From Chloroflexota bacterium (lineage in GTDB: Bacteria; Chloroflexota; Anaerolineae; Anaerolineales; UBA11579), in contig JACPVG010000004.1 of the NCBI GenBank assembly GCA_016191875.1, positions 1,832 to 65,831 on the forward strand: 64,000 nt of DNA, in the 5' to 3' direction. Positions 37,177 through 44,966 of the stretch are shown one piece after another. The notes under the pieces are model-generated. The model was not told the DNA's origin, did not search any database, and saw nothing but the letters and a program-made list of their open reading frames with translations. The first letter of the stretch is position 1; the number at the start of each line of letters is the position of its first letter. A program made the position numbers and the translations under genes.

Positions 37177-38448
37177 TCAACGCGGCGGCCCGGCGGCGGC
37201 GATGGCCAGCCGTTCCGGGTCCAGGTAACGCCGCGCCGCCGCTAGGGCGTCTTCGCGCGTCACCGCCCGCACCACGGCCGGGTAGCGCTCATAGTAATCC
37301 AGACCCAGGCCGTGTTTTTCGATGTTCACCAGCGCCCCGGCCACCCCGCCGTTCGACTCCATCGAAAGCGGCAGCCGGCCGATGGCCGCTTCCTGGCTGT
37401 CGCTCAACTCCTCGGTGCTCACCGGCTCCTCCACCAGCCGCCGGATCTCCGCCAGCATCAGGTCGATGACCTTCTCTTCGTTCTTCGGGTCCACCCCGGC
37501 CGCGGCCGACCACGGGCCGGGGCCCAGGCTGCCGCCCAGGCTGCTGCCGGCGTAGTAGGCCAGCCCGGCCTTCTCGCGCACCGCCTCGCCCAGCCGCCCC
37601 ATCATCCCGAAACCGCCCAGTACGTCGTTGGCGAGCGCCGCGGCCATGTAATCCGGCGAACTGCGCGCCGGGCCGGGCGCGCCCAGCACCACGTCGCTCT
37701 GCGATTTGCCCGCCACCTCGACGCGGGCGCGCCGTTCGGCCGCGGCCGGTTCCAGCGGCGGCAGGGCGGCCGGTTCCGGCTGCTCCGGGTTGTCCCAGTC
37801 CCCCAGCGCGGCCCGCACCGCCGCGATGGCCGCCTGCGGTTCGACCCCGCCCACCACGGCGATGATCAGCCCGCGCGGCCCGTAGTGCCGGGCGTGGAAG
37901 TCGGCCAGGTCCCGGCGGGTGATGGTGCGCACCGTCTCCGGCTGGCCCTCGTCCGGCAGGCGGTAGGGGTGGCCGGGGTACGCCAGTTCGTCGAACAGCA
38001 TACCGGCCCGGTCGCCGGTGTCCTGGTCGCGCAAGGCCAGGCCGGTCAGGATCTGGGCGCGCAGTTTTTCGATTTGCTCGGCCGGGAAGGCAGGCTGGCG
38101 CAGCACTTCGACCAGCAGGCCCAGCAGCAACGGCAGGTCTTCAACCAGGCTCTTGCCGTGGAAGCCGGTGGTGTGCGTGCCGCCGCTCACGCCCAGGCTG
38201 GCGCCGGCGCTCTCCAGCGCGTCGTACAGCGCCGTCATGCCGCGCGCCTGCGTGCCGCGCATCAGCGCCGCGGCGGTGAAGTCCGCCAGACCCAGTACGC
38301 CGGGTGGGTTGGCCAGCGCGCCCACGGCCAGGCTGCCCGTGAGGGTCACCGACGGGCTGGCCGGGTTGGCGCGCGCCAGCGCCACAATGCCGTTGGGCAG
38401 TTCGGCGCGCAGGGTGTCGTCCGGGCCGGGGATGGCGGTGCGGCTCAT
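37177..38448 (-). CDS. M16 family peptidase, non-catalytic-type subunit
   Basis: Pitrilysin-family sequence without HxxEH. 4-nt overlap with the upstream partner. Confidence 0.8.
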   Translation of the reverse strand: MSRTAIPGPDDTLRAELPNGIVALARANPASPSVTLTGSLAVGALANPPGVLGLADFTAAALMRGTQARGMTALYDALESAGASLGVSGGTHTTGFHGKSLVEDLPLLLGLLVEVLRQPAFPAEQIEKLRAQILTGLALRDQDTGDRAGMLFDELAYPGHPYRLPDEGQPETVRTITRRDLADFHARHYGPRGLIIAVVGGVEPQAAIAAVRAALGDWDNPEQPEPAALPPLEPAAAERRARVEVAGKSQSDVVLGAPGPARSSPDYMAAALANDVLGGFGMMGRLGEAVREKAGLAYYAGSSLGGSLGPGPWSAAAGVDPKNEEKVIDLMLAEIRRLVEEPVSTEELSDSQEAAIGRLPLSMESNGGVAGALVNIEKHGLGLDYYERYPAVVRAVTREDALAAARRYLDPERLAIAAAGPPR

Positions 38449-39740
38449 TCGGGCGGCTCCTCCGGCAGCGGCTCGCCGGTGGGCAGGTACACGCCCAGCA
38501 CGCGCCGCTCCGGGGCCAGGTACTCGGCCGCCACGCGCTGCACGTCTTCCGGCGTCACCGCCGCCAGACGCTCCAGATAATCCTCGAACCAGCCGTAGCC
38601 GCCCAGCCGTTCGGCGAACCCCAGCCAGAAGGCCTGGTTGGTGATGCTCTCGCTGCCGTAGGCGAACAGCGCCCGCGCCTGCTTCACCGCCCGCGCCAGT
38701 TCGGCCGCCTCCGGCGCACGGGCGCGCGCCCGGGCGATCTGCTCGTCCAGCGCGGCCTCGGCCTCGGCCGGGTCCCGCTCCGGGTGCAGCGTAAGGTGGA
38801 GGGTGTACAGGTAGGGGTCGAGCGTGGCCTGCAACCCGCCAGCGATGTTCACGGCGATGTCGCCCTCGATGAGCGTCTGGTACAGGCGGCTGGTCTTGTT
38901 GGAGATGCCGCCGCCGAAGAAGTTGAGGTTGCTCGGGCCGGTGAGCAGGCTGTCCAGCGCCATGAAGGCATGGAAGTCCGGGCTGTCTGCCGCCGGGGCG
39001 CGGTAGGAGGCATGCAGGAAGGTGGTCTCGCCCGGCCCTTCCACCGTCAGGCGGCGCTCGGCGCTCGGCGGCGGTTCCGGCCGCACGGGCCGGGGCGGCG
39101 GCGGCCCGGCCGGGATGCCCTCGTAGAGCGGCCGCAGCCGCGCCAGCATCTCGTCCGGGTCGAAGTCGCCTGCCAGCGCCAGCACGGCGTTGCCCGGCGC
39201 ATAGTAGGCCCGGTAATGCTCGTAGAGATCGGCGCGCGTCATGCGCTCCAGGTCGGCCATATCGCCGATGACCTCGTGGTGGTAGCCATGCACCTCGAAG
39301 GCCGCGTTCTGGATGGCCTCATCCAGCAGGAAGAGCGGGCTGTTCTCGTTGCCCTGCCGCTCGGAGATGATGACCGTGCGCTCGGAGTCGACGTCCTGCG
39401 GCGCGAAGGCCGCGTTCTGCAGGCGGTCGGCCTCCAGTTCCAGCGCCAGGCCGATGTGCTCGGCGGGCATCGTCTCGTAATAGGCGGTCCAGTCGATGTA
39501 GGTCATCGCGTTCCAGTAGCCGCCGTAGCGGGCGATGGCCTTATCCAGCACCCCGGCCGGGAAGCGCGGCGTGCCTTTGAATAGCATGTGCTCCACCCAG
39601 TGGCTGGCCCCGGTGCGGCCGCCGGGTTCGTCCCGCGAGCCTACCCCCACCCACAGCCACTGGCTGATGAGCGGGGCGGTGCGCATCTCCTTCAGCAGGA
39701 TGCGCAGACCGTTGTCGAGCGTGGCACGGGTGAGGCTCAT
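38445..39740 (-). CDS. M16 family zinc peptidase (pitrilysin-like)
   Basis: The HWVEHMLFKGT inverted zinc motif (HxxEH). Confidence 0.85.
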   Translation of the reverse strand: MSLTRATLDNGLRILLKEMRTAPLISQWLWVGVGSRDEPGGRTGASHWVEHMLFKGTPRFPAGVLDKAIARYGGYWNAMTYIDWTAYYETMPAEHIGLALELEADRLQNAAFAPQDVDSERTVIISERQGNENSPLFLLDEAIQNAAFEVHGYHHEVIGDMADLERMTRADLYEHYRAYYAPGNAVLALAGDFDPDEMLARLRPLYEGIPAGPPPPRPVRPEPPPSAERRLTVEGPGETTFLHASYRAPAADSPDFHAFMALDSLLTGPSNLNFFGGGISNKTSRLYQTLIEGDIAVNIAGGLQATLDPYLYTLHLTLHPERDPAEAEAALDEQIARARARAPEAAELARAVKQARALFAYGSESITNQAFWLGFAERLGGYGWFEDYLERLAAVTPEDVQRVAAEYLAPERRVLGVYLPTGEPLPEEPPE

Positions 39741-39790
39741 GGTGGGCGATTGTACCGCGCCACGGATTGTTGATTGAAGATTGGAGATAG

Positions 39791-39818
39791 TTGATTTGCC
39801 CGTTCGCGCCGCTATAAT
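39791..39818 (+). promoter_or_regulatory. Sigma-70-like promoter TTGATT-16-TATAAT at the edge of the AT-richer island
   Basis: -35 at 39791-39796 and -10 at 39813-39818. An ATG lies 6 nt after the -10. Confidence 0.45.
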
Positions 39819-39824
39819 GGAACC

Positions 39825-39890
39825 ATGCGGCCGGGCGATTTTACAGAGCGTTTACAGGTGCAGGAAAAAGTGCGCCAAGAAAGCATCTAG
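39825..39890 (+). CDS. Possible leaderless 21-aa micro-ORF (MRPGDFTERLQVQEKVRQESI)
   Basis: The ATG sits exactly where the transcription start of the 39791-39818 promoter is expected. There is no other support. Confidence 0.2.
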   Translation: MRPGDFTERLQVQEKVRQESI

Positions 39891-39902
39891 ACCATAGAGT
39901 TT

Positions 39903-40238
39903 GTGCTAATGAATATCAGTGTCGTATTGTCTGGTGCTTTGATAGTAATCACTATGCTAGCGGGTCTAGCAGGTTATTATGATAGAAGGAAACGAAAACT
40001 CTCATTGCTCTCGTTGTTTCTGGGCGGTTTTCTCATTTCGCTGTTCAACTATGATTCTAATCAATCCTTTGTGATATTAAGGGCTTTAGAGTATGGCGTC
40101 ATCGGAACAATTACTGGTTTGATTTTCGTGTTCGCCGGTACTGCAACCTTTGCTGCACTCAAGTGGCAGGTTCCTGTAATCAGCGGCCCGAGGAATTTCA
40201 TCAGATCGGTTTTACAAAGGATTCGACGCGAAAAGTAA
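39903..40238 (+). CDS. Small AT-rich hypothetical membrane protein (3-4 TM)
   Basis: 111-aa ORF whose codon third positions are mostly A/T, unlike every neighbouring gene. Hydrophobic segments and a basic C-terminus. No clear RBS. Confidence 0.4.
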   Translation: MLMNISVVLSGALIVITMLAGLAGYYDRRKRKLSLLSLFLGGFLISLFNYDSNQSFVILRALEYGVIGTITGLIFVFAGTATFAALKWQVPVISGPRNFIRSVLQRIRREK

Positions 40239-40361
40239 GCCCGCATCTGAGTAGGAAAGCCCGTAAAATCCCGTTTACATAGATTTACACGGGTTTTACA
40301 CGCGGGTGATTCGGGACGAACAAGCGAGGGGCAAGATAGGGCTGGCGCCCCCTGCAAGACG

Positions 40362-40410
40362 GGCGAATGCCTTTGGCATTCGCCTAGAGTTGGGCAAAGC
40401 CCAACTCCAT
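40362..40410. repeat. Two-hairpin repeat element, copy 2
   Basis: GGCGAATGCC-TTT-GGCATTCGCC, then TAGAGTTGGG-CAAAG-CCCAACTCCAT. Confidence 0.7.
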
Positions 40411-40765
40411 CGTACAGCATCTGGCGGCCGTGTGGCGAGCCTTTGCTTGTTGCCGTGACCGCGTGATTTAGGTTGCAGCGCAGGGTTACCGCGCCAAAAA
40501 TGGGGGTTCCAGCCAGGGAAAGTCCATTCACCATCAGCGGTAATCGCCCACCAGGGCGTCTTTCCACCTGCTTGTACATTGACATTTGCCCTCTCTCGCT
40601 TTCCCTCCCCGCCTCCCGGTGGTATCCTCCCCATCCGGGGGCTTCCCATCCATGTCTATCTGTGTTCATCTGTGGTTATATTCTCTCCTCCGCCCACCAG
40701 CCCGCTCATCCTGCGCAATCTGCGCCTTCTGCGCAATCTGTGATTCCGCGCCCAGCAGGGCAGGC

Positions 40766-41039
40766 GAATGCTACACGAATGCTACACGATGGGGACAGAT
40801 GCTACACGGATGCTACATGGATGTGACATACATACGACACGGATGTGACATGGATATGACAGAAATGTTAACAGGTGTGTCGCGCCATGTCACATTGTCA
40901 CATCCGGAGCCACCAGGGACATTCACACCGGCTCAAGCCCCGCTCAGGGACATGAAAGGACATCAAAGGGACATGCGAGGGACATGGAAAGGACAGAATT
41001 GTTAACAGGTGTGTCGCGCAATGTCCCTTTGTCCCATCC
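40766..41039. repeat. Two tandem modules: phased ~11-nt word arrays plus a bulged hairpin with a conserved 24-nt loop
   Basis: See the first finding. The identical 20-mer TGTTAACAGGTGTGTCGCGC occurs at 40866-40885 and 41000-41019. Confidence 0.75.
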
Positions 41040-41195
41040 CAAAAGACAGCCGCCCTCTCCCGTGGACGGCCAGGACATCTTGAAGACGCACCGAAGACAC
41101 CTTCAGGACGGGGGGTATCTTGTCCCCAAATCCTTCGCCGCCCACCCGGCCATGGGCAACGGACGAATCAGACCATTCAGACGATGGAGACGAAC

Positions 41196-42350
41196 TTACA
41201 ACGCCCCCGCCAGCGCCGTGCACACAGCCGCCGCCTGCCCCTCCGTCATCACGCTGCTGAACGGCAGCGCCAGGCCGCGCGCCCCCAGGTCCTCGGTCAC
41301 CGGGAAATCGCCCGCCCGGTAGCCGAAGCGTTCGACCATGAACGGCTGCAAATGGATCGGCGCGAAATACGGCCGGGTCGGGATGCCCTCCGCCTCCAGG
41401 CGTTTCATCACGCCATCGCGGTCGCTGCCCTTCGGCAGGCGCACCACATACACGAACCACGACATGCGCGTCGTGCTGGCCGCAATGAACGGCTGCTCGA
41501 TCTCCGGCAGGCCCTCCAGGTGCGTGGCATACCAGTTGGCGACCCGCTGGCGTTTGGCCAGCAACTCCTCCAGGCGGCCCATCTGCGCCCGGCCCAACGC
41601 CGCGCTCAGTTCATCCAGCCGATAGTTGTAGCCCAGGTAGGTGTGCTCCAGCCAGGTATCGCCGGGGGCCCGCCCCTGGTTGCGCAGGGCGCGCATGAAG
41701 TCCGCCGCCGCGTCATCATCCGTCACGATCAGCCCGCCCTCGCCGGTGGTGATCTGCTTGTTCGGGTAGAAAGCGAACACGCCGTAGTCCCCCAGCGTGC
41801 CCGCCGGTCGCTCCTGGTAGGCCGCGCCCAGCGATTCGCACGAATCCTCGATGACCTTCAGGCCATGCGCCCGGGCGGTCTCCAGCAGCGGGTCGTAATC
41901 GGCGGGCTGTCCGAACACATCCACCGCCAGCAGCGCCTTCAACGCCGCAGAGCCGGATGCGCCGCGCCGCGGTAGCCAGCGCCGGGCTGCCGCCCCGCCG
42001 CTCGCCAGGTCGGCCGCCGCCTGCGCCGCCAGCTCCGGGTCGATGTTGCCCGTCTGCGGCTCCACATCCACGAACACCGGCACGGCCTGCTCGTAGAGCA
42101 GCACGTTGCTGGAGGCCATGAACGAGAACGGCGTCGTCAGGGCCAGGTCGCCCGGCCCCAGCCCGGCAGCCCGCACGCACAGGTGCAAGCCGGCCGTGCC
42201 GGAATTTACCGCGATGGCGTGCCGTGCGCCGGTCAGTTCGGCGATGGCCCGCTCGAAGGCCAGCGTCTGCGGGCCGAAACTCAGCTGCGGCGTGTGCAGC
42301 ACCGCCTGCACCGCGGCGCGTTCGGCGTCCGTCAGGTCCGGCGCGGACAT
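41196..42350 (-). CDS. DegT/DnrJ/EryC1/StrS family PLP-dependent sugar aminotransferase
   Basis: AIAVNSGTAGLHL, FSFMASSN and FYPNKQITTGEGG motifs. Confidence 0.85.
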   Translation of the reverse strand: MSAPDLTDAERAAVQAVLHTPQLSFGPQTLAFERAIAELTGARHAIAVNSGTAGLHLCVRAAGLGPGDLALTTPFSFMASSNVLLYEQAVPVFVDVEPQTGNIDPELAAQAAADLASGGAAARRWLPRRGASGSAALKALLAVDVFGQPADYDPLLETARAHGLKVIEDSCESLGAAYQERPAGTLGDYGVFAFYPNKQITTGEGGLIVTDDDAAADFMRALRNQGRAPGDTWLEHTYLGYNYRLDELSAALGRAQMGRLEELLAKRQRVANWYATHLEGLPEIEQPFIAASTTRMSWFVYVVRLPKGSDRDGVMKRLEAEGIPTRPYFAPIHLQPFMVERFGYRAGDFPVTEDLGARGLALPFSSVMTEGQAAAVCTALAGAL

Positions 42351-42453
42351 GGGGATAAGAGGCTCAGGCAAGGGATGTCCTTTCAACTCAATGCAGGCGA
42401 GAACAACTGGCAATGATACCGAGAAGGCGGCTTTCGCTCAAGCCGCTTCCACC

Positions 42454-43557
42454 TCACCCCCCGCCCGGCGCGCCCTTCCCCGCCCCGGCGTCGTCCGCAT
42501 CCTCGCGCCAGTGGTGCACCACCCGCTGCGGGAACGGGATGCTGATGCCCTCGCGCTGCAAGGCGTTGTAAATGGCCGTGTTCACCCGGTCGTAGAGGAT
42601 GCGCGTGTCGATGAAATGCTTCACCCACCAACGCACCCTGAAATCCAGGCTCGACTCGCCGAACGCCAGCAGCAGCGCCTGCACCGGGTGCTCTGGCATC
42701 ACGCCCTCCACAGCCTGCACCGCTTCGATCAGCGTCTGGCGCACGCGCTCCAGGTCGCTGCCGTAGGCCACGCCGATGTCGGTCTGCAAACGGTAGGAAG
42801 CGTCCGGGTACGAATGGTTGACGATCAGGCTCTTGCCGATCAGCGAATTGGGGATGACCACCATGCGGTTGTCGCGCGTCTGAATGCGCGAACTGCGCAG
42901 ACCGATGTCGATCACGTCGCCCCAGGTATCCAGGTCCAGCAGTTCGATGCGGTCGCCGATGCGGAACGGCCGGTCCACCATGATGACGAACCCGCTGATG
43001 GTATCGGCCAGCACCGCCTGGGCCGCCAGGGCGATGGCCAGCGAACCGATGCCCAGCGTGGTCACCAGCGCGCTGACCTCCACGCCGAAATGGTCCAGCA
43101 GGATGATGAGCGCCACCGCCGCCAGCAGCAGCAGGCTCACCCGCCGGGTGAACGGCAGCACCTGGGCGTCCAGCAGCCCCTGGGCGCGGGTTGTCGTCGC
43201 CCGGCTGTACCACAGCGAGAAATGGTTCACCAGCCGCCAGAGCGCCAGGAAACCCAGAACCACGAATGATACAAAAAATAGATTGTCGATGCTGAACGAC
43301 AGCGTCAGCGGCACAAAATCCAGCCGCCGCACCGCCGCCTGCACGCCCAGCAGCGCCACCAGCCCCGCCAGCGGCGGGCGCACCGCCTGGATGAACAGGT
43401 CGTCCGTCTGGGTGCGGGTCAGCCCGGCGACCCTTGCCAGCACGCCCGTGAGGATGAAATTGACCAGCGGGCGCGCCAGCAGCAAAGCCAGCGCCGCCAT
43501 CCCTGCCGATATCCCCAGATCCAGCCATTGCTGCGAGGTCAATTCCAGGAAGGCCAT
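42454..43557 (-). CDS. Mechanosensitive ion channel (MscS) family protein
   Basis: MVDRPFRIGDRIEL... motif with N-terminal TM helices. AAAGGAGGAGG RBS. Confidence 0.85.
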   Translation of the reverse strand: MAFLELTSQQWLDLGISAGMAALALLLARPLVNFILTGVLARVAGLTRTQTDDLFIQAVRPPLAGLVALLGVQAAVRRLDFVPLTLSFSIDNLFFVSFVVLGFLALWRLVNHFSLWYSRATTTRAQGLLDAQVLPFTRRVSLLLLAAVALIILLDHFGVEVSALVTTLGIGSLAIALAAQAVLADTISGFVIMVDRPFRIGDRIELLDLDTWGDVIDIGLRSSRIQTRDNRMVVIPNSLIGKSLIVNHSYPDASYRLQTDIGVAYGSDLERVRQTLIEAVQAVEGVMPEHPVQALLLAFGESSLDFRVRWWVKHFIDTRILYDRVNTAIYNALQREGISIPFPQRVVHHWREDADDAGAGKGAPGGG

Positions 43558-43719
43558 GGCCTCCTCCTTTTGGATGAATTCGCCTGCCGCCCAACTGCCC
43601 GGATTATACCGGCAGGCGCGGATGTTATAATCCCGCCACTGGCGCACGGGCCCCGCCCGGCTGTTCCGGGCCCGCCTCCGCAGCTGTCTGGCGCCGCCTT
43701 CACCGTGGAGCAAGAACGC

Positions 43720-44529
43720 ATGAAAAAGGCATTTTCTCTGCTGGGGTGCGCCCTGCTGGCCGCGCTGGCGTTGGCCTGGGTCGGGCAGCCCCCGGCGGCC
43801 CTGGCCGGCTACCAGCTCACGCCCTTCCCCACGCCCACCCCCGGCGACGACGGCCGCATCCTTTATGTCGTCCAGCCCGGCGACACCTGCTGGCGCATCT
43901 CGGCCGTTGCTGGCGTCAGCCTCGACCAGCTGCGTGCGCTCAACAACATCGGCGCCGACTGCGTTCTGCAGGAAGGCCAGACCATCCTGCTCGGCCTGGC
44001 CGGGCCGGCCCAGGCCACACAGGCTCCCGTGGAGACCGCCCCGGCGGCCGGATTCACGCCCTCCCCCACACCCGGCCAGAATTCAGGCACGCTCTGCGTG
44101 CTGCTCTACAACGACCTGAACGGCGACGGCATCCGCCAGGAAGAAGAACTCCCCATCTCCGGCGGCGAGGCCAGCGTCACCGAACGCGCTGCGCTCTACT
44201 CCGGCACGCAGAACACCACCGTCCTCCTGCCGGACGGCACGGAAAGTTTCCCTTGCTTTGCGGACATCCCGGTGGGCAACTACAATATCACGGTCGCCAT
44301 CCCGGATGGTTACAACGCCACCACCGCCCTCAACGTCGGCATCGAACTGCTCCCCGGCGATACCACCCAGCTGAATTTTGGAGCCCAGTTGGGCAGCCAG
44401 GCCGCCGCTCAGATCCTGCCGCCCGCCGAAGGCGGCCGCTCGCCGGTGCTGGGTCTCCTGGGAATTGCCCTGCTGGTGGTGGGCATCGGCGTCGGCGTCT
44501 ACAGCCTGCGCCTCGGCCGCGGCGGCTGA
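43720..44529 (+). CDS. Secreted LysM-domain protein with an SdrD-B/Cna-B-like domain and a C-terminal TM anchor
   Basis: Signal peptide. LysM (YVVQPGDTCWRISAVAGVSLDQLRALNNI), LYNDLNGDGIRQEEE, and a C-terminal hydrophobic tail. Confidence 0.7.
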   Translation: MKKAFSLLGCALLAALALAWVGQPPAALAGYQLTPFPTPTPGDDGRILYVVQPGDTCWRISAVAGVSLDQLRALNNIGADCVLQEGQTILLGLAGPAQATQAPVETAPAAGFTPSPTPGQNSGTLCVLLYNDLNGDGIRQEEELPISGGEASVTERAALYSGTQNTTVLLPDGTESFPCFADIPVGNYNITVAIPDGYNATTALNVGIELLPGDTTQLNFGAQLGSQAAAQILPPAEGGRSPVLGLLGIALLVVGIGVGVYSLRLGRGG

Positions 44530-44734
44530 CGCCTCGCAACCGAACAGTCTTGCCCCTCCTTGCGCTAGCCCGCCGCGACTCATCATCCCCACCACTGCCT
44601 GAGAGTTGGGAGTGTCCAGGTCTGGTGGGGTGGGAGTCGACGCTTTAGCGGAGAGCTCGCCAATCACTCGGCTAAAGCCTCGACGCCGATGCAATACCCA
44701 CGCGAAGGTGGACACTGCCCGAGAGTTTTTTGCT

Positions 44735-44763
44735 TTGACTTCCCGCCGCATCTGTGATAAGAT
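44735..44763 (+). promoter_or_regulatory. Sigma-70-like promoter TTGACT-17-TAAGAT upstream of RNase J
   Basis: -35 at 44735-44740 and -10 at 44758-44763. Implies a ~195-nt leader. Confidence 0.5.
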
Positions 44764-44966
44764 GCACGGGTTGAACGATGATTGAACCTGGCCCCCTGGC
44801 CGTTGAAGGAACTCTGGACGTATTGATCTGTTTCCCGCACAGCATACGCACGTAGAACTCAGCAGCCCCGGCCGTCATTTTCACGCCGGGGTTGCACGTT
44901 TAATCTTCTGAACCCAACAGGCACAGCCTGTTAAATATAGTAAGCGTTTGAAAGGAAAAACTGAAT

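Noticed and set aside
40515-40525. An RNase P RNA-like GGAAAGTCC string in the island.
   Set aside because: Only this 9-mer resembles the P4 region. None of the surrounding conserved RNase P helices or sequences can be found.
40766-41039. A CRISPR array or integron attC sites as an explanation for the island repeats.
   Set aside because: - The repeats are 9-11 nt words with no unique spacers, so this is not CRISPR.
- No cas genes or integron integrase are present.
- The GTTAAC core does not fit the attC R'/R'' consensus (GTTRRRY).
- There is no cassette ORF between the two hairpins.
40586-41322. Track ORFs 40586..41005 and 40984..41322 inside the island, read as protein-coding genes with an internal peptide repeat (LLTGVSRxVxLSHP).
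   Set aside because: - The repeated peptide arises from a DNA repeat read in two different frames (134-nt offset).
- There is no RBS.
- The sequence is explained better as hairpin modules plus phased word arrays.
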